Under the pieces are notes generated by a model. It was not told the DNA's origin. It did not search any database and was given only the letters and a program-made list of their open reading frames with translations. Of a stretch of DNA of 64,000 nucleotides, positions 50,476 to 61,971 are shown one piece after another. Source of the stretch: a bacterium (GTDB lineage Bacteria > UBA8248); NCBI GenBank assembly GCA_965213625.1, contig CBDBZU010000004.1:2080001-2144000 (forward strand). The letters run 5' to 3'. Made by a program: the position numbers and the translations under genes. Within the stretch, counting starts at the first letter, position 1, and each line of letters begins with the position of its first letter.

Positions 50476-51930
50476 TTAGAGGGCCAACTGGCCCTGTGTG
50501 GGCTCCGCTCAGCAAAACCACGATTCGGTCAGGCGAGGCGGGCGGATTCGATCGGGTGCGAAGGTAGCCTTTGGCAGCGCCTGATCGGGGCGCTCTAGAA
50601 TATCGGCCGCCAGTTCGCGAAGCCTTGCAAAAGTCATGGCGGCGTCCTCCTGGCGCGCTGCCGCATCTTCGGCGAGGATGAGTGCCTCCTCGTGTAGTTT
50701 GTCCATTTTTTCGTCCGGATGTTCCCAGCGGCAGATGAAATTCTCGGGGTCGAGTTCGGTGACGTATCGCTCCATGTGGGGGGAGCGGAGCAAATGGGAA
50801 CCCGGTGGCACGAGCAGGCGAATGGCCATCTGAATGGGGTCGACCTCGTCGATCAATGTGTATTCTTCGATGAAATCCAGCAGATCGAAATAATCCTGAG
50901 AGCTCGTCCACGGCGTGAATGCGACCAGAGACGGCCGTATGGAAACATCCGCTTCCCGGGCGGCTTCCACGGCGCGGAAAACGTCTTTTCTGTTGTGTCC
51001 TTTATCCAGATGACGGAGGACGAGGTCGCTTAAAGATTCCATCGCGGTGACGAAAAACACGCATCCGTATTCCCTGAACTCCGGCAGAAGCTCCTCGTGC
51101 TTGATGATGTGCTCGACCTTGGCCGTGAAGTCGAAGGTGAGCGAGGGGAACCTCTCGTGCATAGCGCGGGCGACTCGAAGCGCATGAGTGGGGCCGTTCA
51201 GGAAATCCGGGTCCGCAAAGGTAATGTGGCGTGCGCCCTGCGCTGCCAGATATTCAATGTCCTCTAAAACCTTATCCTGGTGCACGATGAAGAAACGTCC
51301 CTCATAAACCGGTGGAATGGGGCAATGGAGGCATAAGTGCTTGCAGCCGCGGCTCGCCTCGACGGCCCCTGCGGGGTAGTGATTCTCCCCATTTACCAGA
51401 TGGGCGTATGCCTGGAGCGCGGGCAACTCTTCTCGTTCTGGTTTGAGTAGTGGGATTTTTTCGAGATACGGGCCGGATGTGTGCTCTCTCGTGGCTGCGC
51501 CGGAAACCTGGGTGGCGCCTGAGTTTTGGGACAGCCCTTGAACGAGCTTCACGAGCGGCAACTCGAACTCGCCGCCGATGGCCGAATCGCCGCCGTTTTC
51601 AAGTAGATAGCCTTTGTTAAGCAGACCGTAGAGGCCGTAAAAACAAATGTGGCACGCGGGGTTCGTCTCGCGTACTTTCGCCGCCACCTCCACGCCGAGC
51701 CTGAGCGCGGTGTGCATGGGTACGCTGATGCCGACGAATTTCGCGTTTGTGATTTTTTCTTCTGAGAAATCCTCTACCGCGATGTCCATCGCCCGGGGCT
51801 GGAAACCCGCTTCGCGTAAAAAGGCCAGGGGAGAGGCGACCGCCAGGGGCTGGTGTCCCAGCTCATAGCAGGAGATGAGGACGACGGCGCCGGGTGCGCG
51901 CCAACCGGAGTCTTTATCGTTTCGGTTCAT
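50476..51930 (-). CDS. CUAEP-tail B12-binding radical SAM selenoprotein
   Basis: CxxxCxxC (CKHLCLHC), N-terminal cobalamin-binding-like domain; ...ESWFC-TGA(50511-50509)-AEPTQGQLAL-TAA; SECIS-like hairpin 50495-50480. Confidence 0.88.
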
Positions 51931-51952
51931 GGTGAAAGCTCTCGATCGTCAC

Positions 51953-51986
51953 AAAAAAAGCCCCGGGCGCATGATGCCCGGGGCTC
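51953..51986 (-). terminator. Intrinsic terminator after the HesB/IscA gene
   Basis: Minus strand AGCCCCGGGC-ATCATGC-GCCCGGGGCT-TTTTTT. Confidence 0.75.
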
Positions 51987-52002
51987 GTAAGACATTGTTT
52001 TA

Positions 52003-52386
52003 TCACGCAGTGAACGATTTTCCGCAGCCGCACATGCTCATGGCGTTGGGGTTGTTGATCTTGAAGCCGGAGCCCTGGAGGCTGTCGATGAAATCGATTT
52101 CCGTTCCCGCGATGACGGGATAGCTCTGCGGGTCCACGAACACGTCGAACTTCTCGGCGTGGAAAACCTTATCCTCCGGGTTGGCGGATTCCTCGAAATA
52201 GAGGCCATAGTTGTAACCCGAGCACCCGCCTGCGGTGACGGCCAGACGCAGCCCGTGACCGCTCTTGCCTTCCGCCTCGAGAATCTCGCTCACCTTCTGG
52301 TTGGCGAGCGGCGTAACCGTAATGCCTTCAAGGGCTTGTGGTTTTTCTTGGGATTGATCGAATAAAGTGACCGTTCCATCCGTCAT
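52003..52386 (-). CDS. Fe-S cluster carrier, HesB/IscA/ErpA family
   Basis: LRLAV..GGCSG..Y, G..IDF, GF...NPNA...CGCG.SF. Confidence 0.95.
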   Translation of the reverse strand: MTDGTVTLFDQSQEKPQALEGITVTPLANQKVSEILEAEGKSGHGLRLAVTAGGCSGYNYGLYFEESANPEDKVFHAEKFDVFVDPQSYPVIAGTEIDFIDSLQGSGFKINNPNAMSMCGCGKSFTA

Positions 52387-52603
52387 CTGTTGTTTCTCCT
52401 TGACCTTGTTGATTGCAACCAAGATTAATTGTGATATTCACATACTGAATATACTACTTTTTTGTCTTTTTGCAAAGGCTTGAGGCCCATATATCTTTGA
52501 AATACAGGCTTGTTCACGCAATAAGCCGCTTATTTCCTTCCAGGTCGGCGAGGCGTACTCCGGTGTAAATAAAAAAAGTCTGCATATTTTAATATTATAA
52601 AAC

Positions 52604-52632
52604 TTGACAGTTCATGACTAAGATATTATATT
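52604..52632 (+). promoter_or_regulatory. sigma70 promoter of the clpB/heat-shock cluster, overlapped by a degenerate HAIR-like site
   Basis: TTGACA(52604-09)-17 bp-TATATT(52627-32) with an AT-rich UP region; CTTGACA-N7-ACTAAGA vs HAIR CTTGAGT-N7-ACTCAAG (9/14). Confidence 0.65.
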
Positions 52633-52781
52633 TCCCTTGCGTCATCAAGCCTCGGCCGCCTCCGGTATATCGGAATTGACGGGGTTTCAGGCGCCGGAAA
52701 ATTTATCGAAATACAGTGGAAATTTACCTGAATTTATCGAATATTACGGAAATTTTCACAATAGTATTCGGAGCATATTTC

Positions 52782-55412
52782 ATGAATTTTGAGCAATTCA
52801 CCCACAAGACGCAAGAGGCGCTCCAGCACGCCCAGGAGTCGGCCCAGACGAGAGGCCACCAGGGCGTCACGCCCGCGCACGTTCTCCAGGCGCTTCTGGA
52901 TCAGCCAGAAGGCGTGCTCGCTCCGCTGGTCGAGAAGGCGGGGCTGAAGGTCCACATCCTGAACCGTGAACTCGAAGCCTCCCTGGAGAAGCTCCCGAAA
53001 ATCGCCGCAAACGACGGCCCCCTGTATGTCACCCAGGAGTTGGCGACGCTCTTCCAGGCGGCGCAGCGCGAAGCGAAGGCCATGGCCGATGATTACGTGA
53101 GCGGCGAGCATCTGCTCCTGGCCGCACTTGAAAGTGGCGATGCGGAGGTCAAGAAAATTCTGCGCACGGCCGGTCTCGACCGAGAGGCCGCCCTCGCGGC
53201 GCTCAAGGATATCCGCGGAAGCCAGCGCATCACCGATCAGAACCCGGAAAGCCGCTACCAGGCGCTCGAGCGATTCGCAATCGACCTCACCCAACAGGCC
53301 GGTTCCGGCAAGCTCGACCCCGTCGTGGGCCGCGAGGAGGAGATCAGGCGCGTCATGCAGGTGCTCTCCCGCCGCACGAAGAACAATCCGGTGCTCATCG
53401 GGGATCCCGGCGTGGGCAAGACCGCCATCGTCGAGGGTCTGGCGCAGCGGGTCGTGGATGGCGACGTGCCCGAGGGCCTCAAAGGCAAGCGCCTGCTCAG
53501 TCTCGACATGGGTTCGCTCGTCGCGGGCTCCAAGTTCCGGGGCGAGTTCGAGGACAGGCTCAAGGCCGTGCTCAAGGAAGTGAGCGATTCCGCCGGCGAG
53601 ATCGTCTTGTTCATCGACGAGCTTCACACCGTCGTGGGCGCGGGCGCCGCGGAGGGGGCGGTGGACGCCTCCAATCTCCTGAAGCCGGCCCTCGCCCGTG
53701 GGGAACTCCACTGCGTGGGCGCCACCACGCTCGATGAATACCGGAAACACATCGAGAAGGACGCGGCGCTCGAGCGGCGTTTTCAGCCCGTGTTGGTCGA
53801 TGAGCCCGGCATGGAGGACGCCGTTTCCATACTGCGCGGCTTGAAGGAGAAATACGAGATTCATCACGGCGTCCGCATTCTGGACAACGCCCTTGTCGCC
53901 GCCGTCGCGCTCTCGCATCGCTACATCAGCGATCGCCATCTGCCGGACAAGGCCATCGATCTTATTGACGAAGCCGCGAGCGGCCTGCGTTTGGAACTCG
54001 ACAGTCTGCCCAAGGACATCGACAGGCAAGAGCGCGAGCTTCTCCGGTTGCGGATCGAGGAGCGCGCCCTGGAAGGGGAACAAGACGAGGACAGCCGGGA
54101 GCGTCTGGCGCAGATACGCGAGCGAATCTCCTCTCTCGATGTGCAGAGCCGGGCGCAGCGAAACCAGTGGGCGGATGAGAAAAAGGCCATTTCCCGGGTG
54201 CGTGAACTCAAGGAGCGCATCGAGGATTTGAAGGCCGAGGCCCAGCGCGCCGAGCGTGAGGGAGATTTGGGCCGGGCGGCGGAGCTTCGCTACGGCGGGA
54301 TCATCTCGGCTGAAAAAGAAATGGCCGAGGCGGAAGCCGACCTGGAAAAAGAGAGCAATGGCCGCATGCTGAAAGAGGAGATCACCGAGGACGACGTGGC
54401 CGCTATCGTGAGCCGCTGGACGGGCATCAACGTGAGCCGGCTGCTAGAGACGGAGCGGGAGAAGCTCCTGCAGATGGAGGAGAACATCCACAAACGCGTC
54501 GTGGGCCAGGAACCGGCGGTGGAGGCCTTGGCCGAGGCCGTGCGCCGCGCCCGTGCGGGCATCATGGACGAGAACCGCCCCGTCGGCTCGTTCATCTTCC
54601 TGGGACCCACCGGCGTCGGCAAGACGGAACTCGCCCGCGCGCTCGCGGAATTCCTGTTCGACGACGAGTCGGCGATGATTCGCGTGGACATGAGCGAGTA
54701 CATGGAAAAACATGCCGTCGCCAGGCTTATCGGCGCTCCGCCCGGATACGTCGGCTACGAGGAGGGGGGACAGCTCACCGAAGCCGTCCGGAGAAAACCC
54801 TATTCCGTGCTTTTGCTCGATGAGATCGAAAAAGCGCACCCCGAGACCTTCAACCTGCTCCTGCAGCTACTCGACGAAGGACGCCTCACGGACGGGCACG
54901 GCCGCACGGTCGATTTCAGGAACACAGTCATCATCATGACGAGCAACGTGGGAACCGCAGAGCTTGCGCGAACCAGGCTCGGTTTCAATAAAGGCAGCGT
55001 GGAGGAGACGGATGAGTCCGAAGAGGTGCTTGCGGAGCTTCGCAAGGTCTTTAGACCGGAATTCCTGAACCGGGTCGATGAGACCATCGTCTTCCGCGCG
55101 CTCACGAAGGAGCAGATCGCAGATATCGTGGAGATTCAGTTGCAAGAACTCGAAAAACGTCTCGAAGCGCAAAAGATCAAGCTGCGTCTCACGGACGCCG
55201 CCAGGAAATTCCTGGCCGAGCGCGGCTACGATCCCGTCTACGGAGCGCGGCCCCTCAAGCGCGCGATTCAGACTTATGTTATGAATCCGCTCAGCAGGAA
55301 GCTCCTCGCCGGGGAATTCGAGGCGGGAGAAACCGTGGAGGCGGACCACCCGGAGGGGGCGGATGCGCTTTCTTTCGCCGTGCTCGTGGAGGCGGAAGCG
55401 GTGAATACTTGA
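52782..55412 (+). CDS. clpB: Chaperone ClpB
   Basis: Two Walker A motifs ([16 protein letters not shown]), middle coiled coil, KFRGEFE.RLK, GARPLKR. Confidence 0.98.
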   Translation: MNFEQFTHKTQEALQHAQESAQTRGHQGVTPAHVLQALLDQPEGVLAPLVEKAGLKVHILNRELEASLEKLPKIAANDGPLYVTQELATLFQAAQREAKAMADDYVSGEHLLLAALESGDAEVKKILRTAGLDREAALAALKDIRGSQRITDQNPESRYQALERFAIDLTQQAGSGKLDPVVGREEEIRRVMQVLSRRTKNNPVLIGDPGVGKTAIVEGLAQRVVDGDVPEGLKGKRLLSLDMGSLVAGSKFRGEFEDRLKAVLKEVSDSAGEIVLFIDELHTVVGAGAAEGAVDASNLLKPALARGELHCVGATTLDEYRKHIEKDAALERRFQPVLVDEPGMEDAVSILRGLKEKYEIHHGVRILDNALVAAVALSHRYISDRHLPDKAIDLIDEAASGLRLELDSLPKDIDRQERELLRLRIEERALEGEQDEDSRERLAQIRERISSLDVQSRAQRNQWADEKKAISRVRELKERIEDLKAEAQRAEREGDLGRAAELRYGGIISAEKEMAEAEADLEKESNGRMLKEEITEDDVAAIVSRWTGINVSRLLETEREKLLQMEENIHKRVVGQEPAVEALAEAVRRARAGIMDENRPVGSFIFLGPTGVGKTELARALAEFLFDDESAMIRVDMSEYMEKHAVARLIGAPPGYVGYEEGGQLTEAVRRKPYSVLLLDEIEKAHPETFNLLLQLLDEGRLTDGHGRTVDFRNTVIIMTSNVGTAELARTRLGFNKGSVEETDESEEVLAELRKVFRPEFLNRVDETIVFRALTKEQIADIVEIQLQELEKRLEAQKIKLRLTDAARKFLAERGYDPVYGARPLKRAIQTYVMNPLSRKLLAGEFEAGETVEADHPEGADALSFAVLVEAEAVNT

Positions 55413-55466
55413 ATGCTCCCGGATGCGGGTGGGCCTTTCAATCCCGCGGAAGGAGGGTTCGGTTTT

Positions 55467-55686
55467 GTAGGTCAGACATATATGTCTGACATATGGGGTT
55501 GTTGAAAAAGTTAAGTTTCTGGAGCGGGCGGTATGGGAGTCTTACGCAACGGTGGAAGGGAAGCCAGCTCAGCGCAAGCGGGTGTGATTGGTCGTGTAGG
55601 TAGCGCTCCCTTGTTGGGTGCGCTACATATATGCGGCCCATGGTCGGCAGGCATAAAAGGCAGGGTCGCATATATGCGACCCCTAC
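55467..55686. repeat. GTAG-type REP elements in inverted orientation (REPIN-like), with an internal TIR-like fragment
   Basis: GTAG-GTCAGACATATATGTCTGAC (55467-90, +); GTAG-GGGTCGCATATATGCGACCCT (55686-62, -); degenerate third copy at 55596-55639. Confidence 0.7.
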
Positions 55687-55731
55687 AACCGATAAAACTT
55701 TAATTTTGTATCCCGATAAGGAGAAAGTTAG

Positions 55732-57651
55732 ATGTCGAAGGTAATCGGAATTGATTTGGGCACTACCAACTCGGTCGTATCCGTCATGGAGGGTGGGCAG
55801 CCTACGGTCATCGCCAACCAGGAGGGCAACCGCACGACGCCCAGCGTCGTGGCGTTCACCGACGATGGGGAGAAACTCGTTGGCCTCGTGGCCAAGCGCC
55901 AGGCGGTCACGAACCCGACCAGGACCATTTATTCCGCAAAACGCTTCATGGGCAGGCGTTTCGCGGAAGTGCCCGAGGAAGTCACCATCGTACCGTATGA
56001 GGTCGTGAAGTCGGACAGCGGCGACGCGCGCATTAAAATCGACGGCAAGGAGCACGCCCCACCCGAGATATCGGCGAGCGTGCTGCAAAAGCTCAAACAG
56101 GCCGCGGAGGACTATCTCGGCGAGCAGGTGACGGAAGCGGTCGTCACGGTGCCGGCGTATTTCAACGACAGCCAGCGCCAGGCGACGAAGGACGCCGGAA
56201 AAATAGCTGGCCTGAACGTGCAGCGCATCATCAACGAGCCGACGGCCGCCGCCCTCGCCTACGGACTCGACAAAAAGGCGGATCAGACCATCGCGGTCTA
56301 TGACTTCGGCGGCGGCACGTTCGACATCTCCATCCTCGAGGTGGGGGACAACGTGGTCGAGGTGAAGGCCACGAACGGAGATACGCATCTGGGCGGCGAC
56401 AACATCGACCACCGGATCATCGAGTGGATGGCCGAGGAGTTCAAGAAAGACCAGGGCATCGACATCTCGGGCGATCCCATGGCGCTTCAGCGTCTGCGAG
56501 AGGAATCCGAAAAGGCGAAAATCGAGCTGTCGAGTTCGATGGAGACGACCATCAACCTGCCCTTCATCACGGCGGACGCTTCGGGCCCCAAGCACCTGAA
56601 CCTGAAACTCACGCGCGCGAAACTCGAGCAGCTGACCGGCGATCTGGTGGAGAAGACGCTGGCGCCCTGCCGCCGCGCGCTGGATGACGCCAAGGTCCAG
56701 CCCGGCGACATCGACGAGGTCGTGCTGGTGGGCGGTTCGACGCGAATGCCGCTGGTGCAGGAGACGGTGGAGAAATTTTTCGGCAAAGAGCCCCACAAGG
56801 GCGTGAACCCGGACGAGGTCGTGGCGGTCGGAGCGGGCGTGCAGGGCGGCGTGCTCGCCGGAGACGTCAAGGACGTTCTGCTGCTCGACGTCACCCCGCT
56901 CTCCCTGGGGATAGAGACGCTTGGCGGCGTGTCCACCAAGCTCATCGAACGCAACACGACGATACCCGTCAAGAAGAGTGAAACCTTCTCTACGGCGGCT
57001 GACAACCAGCCCTCCGTCGAAGTGCACGTCTTACAGGGCGAGCGCGAGATGGCCTCGGGCAACCGCTCGCTGGGCAAGTTCCATCTCGTCGGCATCCCCG
57101 CTGCGCCCCGGGGCGTTCCCCAGATTGAGGTGACGTTCGACATCGATGCCAACGGCATCGTGAACGTCTCCGCCAAAGACCTGGGCACCAGCAAGGAGCA
57201 GGCGATCACCATCACGAGTTCGAGCGGCCTCTCTGAGGAGGAGATCAACAACATGGTGTCCGATGCGGACGAGCACGCCGAGGAGGACAAGAAGCGGCGC
57301 GAGGCCGTCGAGGCGAGGAACATGGCCGACAGCATGGCGTATAGCACGGAGAAGATGCTCAAGGAGAACGAGGACAAGGTTTCGGCCGAAGACAAGAAAG
57401 AGATAGAAGACGCCATCGTCGCGCTCCGGGCGGTTCTGGAGAAAGAAGACGCGACGGTGGAGGAGATCAAGGAAGCGCAGGAAAAACTCGAGGCGGCCTC
57501 GCACAAGCTCGCGCAGGCGATGTACGAACAGGCGAGCCAGGCAGACGGCGCCGCCGCCGAGACCCCGGAGTCCGGCGGTGGGGAGAACGGCGCGCCCGCG
57601 GGCGACGTCGTGGATGCCGAGTTCGAGGAAGTGGACAAGGACAAGCCCTAA
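55732..57651 (+). CDS. dnaK: Chaperone DnaK
   Basis: [34 protein letters not shown] tail. Confidence 0.99.
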   Translation: MSKVIGIDLGTTNSVVSVMEGGQPTVIANQEGNRTTPSVVAFTDDGEKLVGLVAKRQAVTNPTRTIYSAKRFMGRRFAEVPEEVTIVPYEVVKSDSGDARIKIDGKEHAPPEISASVLQKLKQAAEDYLGEQVTEAVVTVPAYFNDSQRQATKDAGKIAGLNVQRIINEPTAAALAYGLDKKADQTIAVYDFGGGTFDISILEVGDNVVEVKATNGDTHLGGDNIDHRIIEWMAEEFKKDQGIDISGDPMALQRLREESEKAKIELSSSMETTINLPFITADASGPKHLNLKLTRAKLEQLTGDLVEKTLAPCRRALDDAKVQPGDIDEVVLVGGSTRMPLVQETVEKFFGKEPHKGVNPDEVVAVGAGVQGGVLAGDVKDVLLLDVTPLSLGIETLGGVSTKLIERNTTIPVKKSETFSTAADNQPSVEVHVLQGEREMASGNRSLGKFHLVGIPAAPRGVPQIEVTFDIDANGIVNVSAKDLGTSKEQAITITSSSGLSEEEINNMVSDADEHAEEDKKRREAVEARNMADSMAYSTEKMLKENEDKVSAEDKKEIEDAIVALRAVLEKEDATVEEIKEAQEKLEAASHKLAQAMYEQASQADGAAAETPESGGGENGAPAGDVVDAEFEEVDKDKP

Positions 57652-57675
57652 GCGTCCTGCCCGGATGAGGATGGT

Positions 57676-58629
57676 ATGCCTAAGCGTGATTATTACGAGG
57701 TGCTGGGAATCGACCGGAGCGCTTCGGAAGCGGAACTGAAACGCGCTTTCAAAAAGCTCGCGCGCAAGTATCACCCCGACGTCAATCCGGGGGATGCCAA
57801 GGCGGAGGAGCGTTTCAAGGAAATCAGCGAGGCCTACGCCGTCATCTCGGACCCGGAGAAGCGCAGAAAATATGACGCCATGGGGCATGCCGCTTTCGGC
57901 GGGGGCAGTCCCTGGGGCGGAGGCGCCCCACCCGGAATGGAAGACATTCTGCGCGAATTCGGCCTGGGCGATATTTTCGGTGGCGTGTTCGGCGGCGCGC
58001 GCGGTGGCGCTGCCCGCGGCGGCTACCACGCGCAACCCCAGGCCCCCCGGCGGGGTCAGGACGTGAACTACTCGATGGAGATAGGCTTCGACGATTCCCT
58101 GAAGGGGCTCAACACCACCATCACCGTGCCCAAGACCACGCAAGAGAACGGGAAAATCCAGCACACTACCGAACGCATTCAGGTAAAAATTCCGCCCGGC
58201 GTCTCGAACGGTTCGCGAATCCGCCTGGCGGGCAAGGGGGAAGCCTCCCTGAACGGGGGGCCGCAGGGGGACCTCTTCATCGTCACAAAGGTGCGGGAGC
58301 ATCCTTTCTTCGAGCGAAAAGGGGATAATCTGTATCTCGAGCTTCCCGTCAGCCTCGGTGAGGCGCTTCTGGGCGCGCGCGTGGAGATCAACACCTTCGA
58401 GGGGGTGACGAAGATGACGATTCCCCCTTCGACCCAGAACGGTCAGGTTTTCAGGCTTTCGGGCAAGGGTGCGCCGAAGCTCAAAGGCTCGGGCAAAGGC
58501 GATTTGTTCGTCCGGGTCCAGGTCTTGTTGCCGGATCAGATGGATGAGGAAAGCAAGGAAATCGTCCGCGAACTCGAAAGTCGCAACCCCACGTCGCCGC
58601 GGGCGAACATGACGGGTGTGAGCATGTAG
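57676..58629 (+). CDS. DnaJ-class co-chaperone without zinc finger (CbpA-like)
   Basis: J domain with HPD, G/F-rich region, DnaJ C-terminal domain, no CxxCxGxG repeats. Confidence 0.9.
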   Translation: MPKRDYYEVLGIDRSASEAELKRAFKKLARKYHPDVNPGDAKAEERFKEISEAYAVISDPEKRRKYDAMGHAAFGGGSPWGGGAPPGMEDILREFGLGDIFGGVFGGARGGAARGGYHAQPQAPRRGQDVNYSMEIGFDDSLKGLNTTITVPKTTQENGKIQHTTERIQVKIPPGVSNGSRIRLAGKGEASLNGGPQGDLFIVTKVREHPFFERKGDNLYLELPVSLGEALLGARVEINTFEGVTKMTIPPSTQNGQVFRLSGKGAPKLKGSGKGDLFVRVQVLLPDQMDEESKEIVRELESRNPTSPRANMTGVSM

Positions 58630-58690
58630 TGATGGGCGGATGCGGGTATGGGCGCGAGCAGACATATGAGGATAGGCTCTGGAGAGGATA

Positions 58691-59098
58691 ATGGCGCGTA
58701 GGGGCGTAAGAAACGGGCGCTACACCATCAGCGCGGTGGCCGAGATGTTCGAGATTCACCAGCAGACGCTCAGAATGTATGAGCGTCAGGGTCTCATCGA
58801 ACCGGGCCGCAGCGAGGGCGGGACGCGCTATTACTCCGAAGCAGATATCGATCAACTCGAAGTCATCATGGCGCTCACGCGGGACATGGGCGTGAACCTG
58901 GCGGGCGTGCAGGTCATCATCGAGCTTCGCGAGAAGCTGATGAGCGCGCTCGAACGCCTGGGCGAACTCGAGGAATTGATAGAGAGCCGGGCGTTCGAGG
59001 AATTCCGCGAGCAGATGAGCAACGCAACGCCCGATATGCAGGCCATGATACCTTCGGTCGCCGCCAAACTCGTGCATATCAGGAGGAAGCGGTTGTGA
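58691..59098 (+). CDS. hspR: HspR-like MerR-family heat-shock repressor
   Basis: [37 protein letters not shown]; follows the cbpA-like gene. Confidence 0.85.
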   Translation: MARRGVRNGRYTISAVAEMFEIHQQTLRMYERQGLIEPGRSEGGTRYYSEADIDQLEVIMALTRDMGVNLAGVQVIIELREKLMSALERLGELEELIESRAFEEFREQMSNATPDMQAMIPSVAAKLVHIRRKRL

Positions 59099-59955
59099 GC
59101 ACGAATTCCATAAAATCCTTTTTGCTGCTCGGTTTGCTGACGGGGCTGATTCTGCTCATCGGCAATCTCCTCGGCGGGACGACCGGGCTGGTCATCGCCC
59201 TGGTGCTCGCGGTGGGCATCAACGGTTACAGCTACTGGTATTCGGACAAAATCGTTCTCGCCAGCACGGGCGCGAGCGAGGTGCTTCCCGAACATGCTCC
59301 CGAACTCTACGGCATGGTGGCGGACCTCGCCCGGCGCGCGAACCTGCCCATGCCGCGCGTCTACGTTATCCCCGAAGATGCGCCGAACGCTTTCGCCACG
59401 GGTAGAAACCCCGAGAACGCCGCCGTCGCCTTCACCGAGGGAATTTTGCAGGACCTGAATAGAGAAGAACTCGAAGGCGTGGCCGCGCACGAACTTGCCC
59501 ACATCAAGAACCGCGACATTCTTCTGAGCACGGTCGCCGCCTCTCTCGCGGGCGCCATCATGTATCTCGCGCAGATGGCGCAGTTCGCCGCGTTTTTCGG
59601 CGCATACGGCCGGGGCGACGACGAGGAGGGCGGCGGCGGAGGCCTGTTGGGAATCATCGTCGCCGCCATCGTGGCCCCCATCGCCGCGACGCTGCTTCAG
59701 ATGGCGGTGAGTCGCTCGCGCGAGTATCTCGCCGACGCCACGGGCGCGCAAATCGCGGGTACGCCGGTCGGTCTGGCGAACGCCCTGCATCGCCTCGATG
59801 AGGCCGCCCACCGCGAGGAACTCCACTGCGCGAGCGAGGCGACGGCCCACATGTACATCGTCAACCCCCTTGCGGGCGGTGGTCTGGCGAATCTTTTCAG
59901 CACGCACCCGCCGATGGAGGAGCGGATTCGGCGGCTGATGGAATTGAGATACTAG
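59095..59955 (+). CDS. htpX: Zinc metalloprotease HtpX
   Basis: [30 protein letters not shown]. Confidence 0.95.
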   Translation: MSTNSIKSFLLLGLLTGLILLIGNLLGGTTGLVIALVLAVGINGYSYWYSDKIVLASTGASEVLPEHAPELYGMVADLARRANLPMPRVYVIPEDAPNAFATGRNPENAAVAFTEGILQDLNREELEGVAAHELAHIKNRDILLSTVAASLAGAIMYLAQMAQFAAFFGAYGRGDDEEGGGGGLLGIIVAAIVAPIAATLLQMAVSRSREYLADATGAQIAGTPVGLANALHRLDEAAHREELHCASEATAHMYIVNPLAGGGLANLFSTHPPMEERIRRLMELRY

Positions 59956-59976
59956 GTCCTGGGAGGAAGTCGTTTC

Positions 59977-60693
59977 ATGAAAGCCAAGGATGTAAAAGTC
60001 GAGACGGAAAACGGCGATGGCGCGAAGGCCGAAGCCGAAGCAGCAGAGTCGGTGGATTCGGGCGATGCGGAGGCGGAAACAAAGGAGAAGCCGCGCGTCG
60101 TGGACAGGCGGCGCGTCCGCGAAGACGGCGAGGTGAGCGAGGAGAGCGCCGGGGAGGCAGAAGAAGCCCCGCGCGTGCCCGCCTACGTGGAACAGCTTCA
60201 GGCGAAGGTCGCTGCCGCCGAGGAGAAGTTCAAGGAGTATGTCGATAAGATCGACAAGGATACGGCTGATTTCAGGGCGCGTCAGGAGCGCGAGATGGAG
60301 CGCAGGACCCAGGAGGTGAAAAAACAGGCGGTATCGGGCTTTCTGAGCATCGCCGACGATCTGGCGCGCGCCACGGCGGCCGTGGACGGAGGACCCGCTG
60401 AGGGGGAGAAGGGAAAGACTCTCGATACCCTCGTGCAGGGGGTCCGGATGATTCAGGGCCGGTTCTTTCAGGAACTCTCGAACCTGGGCGTAGAACCTCT
60501 CTCGGCGATGGGCGTCGCCTTCAACCCGGAAGAGCACGAGGCGGTGCGGATGGTCGAGGTGGACGATGAGGCGCAGGACGGCCTGGTGGTGGAGGAGTTG
60601 GCTTGCGGCTACAAGCTGGGCGACGCGGTTTTGAGACCGGCGCGCGTCTCTGTGGGCAAGTACGCGGGTGGGCAGCCGGACTCGCGCCCTTGA
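59977..60693 (+). CDS. grpE: Nucleotide exchange factor GrpE
   Basis: Long coiled coil, FNPE.HEAV, GY.L...VLRPA.V.V. Confidence 0.92.
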   Translation: MKAKDVKVETENGDGAKAEAEAAESVDSGDAEAETKEKPRVVDRRRVREDGEVSEESAGEAEEAPRVPAYVEQLQAKVAAAEEKFKEYVDKIDKDTADFRARQEREMERRTQEVKKQAVSGFLSIADDLARATAAVDGGPAEGEKGKTLDTLVQGVRMIQGRFFQELSNLGVEPLSAMGVAFNPEEHEAVRMVEVDDEAQDGLVVEELACGYKLGDAVLRPARVSVGKYAGGQPDSRP

Positions 60694-60752
60694 ACCGGAT
60701 TCGTGCGCATAGTATTGTCGCGTGTTTTCGATTTTCAGGATGAAGGGAAAGT

Positions 60753-61901
60753 ATGAGCAAGCGTGACTATTACGAAGTGCTGGGCGTAAGCCGCGATGCG
60801 GACGACGCCGAGATCAAAAAGGCGTATCGCACGCTGGCGATGCAGCATCATCCGGATCGCAACCCCGGCGATGCGAAGGCGGAGGAGTTGTTCAAGGAAG
60901 CCTCCGAGGCCTACCAGGTGTTGAGCGAGCCCGAGAAGAGGAGCGCCTATGATCGCTTCGGTCACGACGGGCTTCGGGGATTGGGACATCAGGGATTTTC
61001 GAACTTTGACGACATCTTCTCCTCGTTCGGGGATATTTTCGGCGATCTGTTCGGCGGCGTGTTCGCAGGCTCTCGCGCGCGCCGCGACGGGCCGCGCCAG
61101 GGCCGGGACCTCGCCTATCAACTGGAGATGACGTTCGAGGAAGCGGCTGTAGGCATCGAGCGTGAAATCGAGTTCGAGCGGCCCACCGAATGCGTCTATT
61201 GCGGCGGCAGCGGGGCCAAGTCGCCCGATGCGATTCGCGAGTGCCCATCCTGCGGCGGCAGCGGCCAGATGACCTACCGCCAGGGTTTTATGACGTATTC
61301 CACCACTTGCTCGGATTGTAACGGCGCAGGGAGGCGAATCACTGAGCACTGCGAGGAATGCAGTGGCGCTGGCCGCCGTCTGGAGCAGAGGAAGATGAAG
61401 GTGAAGATTCCTCCCGGCGTGGACGAAGGCGCCAGGCTGCGTCTTCGAGAAGAAGGAGAAGGGGGCGCCAAGGGCGGGCCGTCGGGTGATTTGTTCGTCG
61501 TCGTCTCCCTGCTTGCGCATGAGGAATTCGAGCGCAACGGGGCGGACGTGGCGAGTCAGGTATCCGTTTCGTTCTCGCAGGCCGCCCTGGGCGATACGGT
61601 GAAGGTGAGGACGCTCTATGGAGAATCCGAGCTCGATATACCCAAGGGGGTGCAGTCTTCGGACGTGCTCAGCCTGAGGGGCGAGGGATTCCAGCTCCTC
61701 GGCAGGAAAGGGCGCGGCGATCACATGTTTTTGGTTCACGTCCTGACGCCGACGAAGTTGACGCCGGATGAGGAAAGGCTGTTTGGCGAATTGTCGGAAA
61801 TCGAACGTGAAAAGGCGGAGAAGAACGGAGCCGGAAGAAATGAGGAAAATGGCGCCGGGAAAAAGGGCATTCTCGATAAGTTGGGTTCTCTTTGGGGATA
61901 A
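60753..61901 (+). CDS. dnaJ: Chaperone DnaJ
   Basis: HPD J domain; four CxxCxGxG repeats. Confidence 0.97.
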   Translation: MSKRDYYEVLGVSRDADDAEIKKAYRTLAMQHHPDRNPGDAKAEELFKEASEAYQVLSEPEKRSAYDRFGHDGLRGLGHQGFSNFDDIFSSFGDIFGDLFGGVFAGSRARRDGPRQGRDLAYQLEMTFEEAAVGIEREIEFERPTECVYCGGSGAKSPDAIRECPSCGGSGQMTYRQGFMTYSTTCSDCNGAGRRITEHCEECSGAGRRLEQRKMKVKIPPGVDEGARLRLREEGEGGAKGGPSGDLFVVVSLLAHEEFERNGADVASQVSVSFSQAALGDTVKVRTLYGESELDIPKGVQSSDVLSLRGEGFQLLGRKGRGDHMFLVHVLTPTKLTPDEERLFGELSEIEREKAEKNGAGRNEENGAGKKGILDKLGSLWG

Positions 61902-61971
61902 GCGTCTATTCGGGCGGAACGAGAAGAGGCGGGGTTCAACAGCCCCGGCACCAGACGCCGGAGGATAAGCA

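Noticed and set aside
52003-52386. HesB-like selenoprotein
   Set aside because: All conserved positions are Cys codons (GGCSG, CGCG); the terminal TGA follows the normal SF end of the family
55438-57027. 529-aa antisense ORF opposite dnaK (also 56487-57644 and 57031-58665)
   Set aside because: Antisense shadow of a GC3-rich gene, a known artefact for dnaK; no independent motifs
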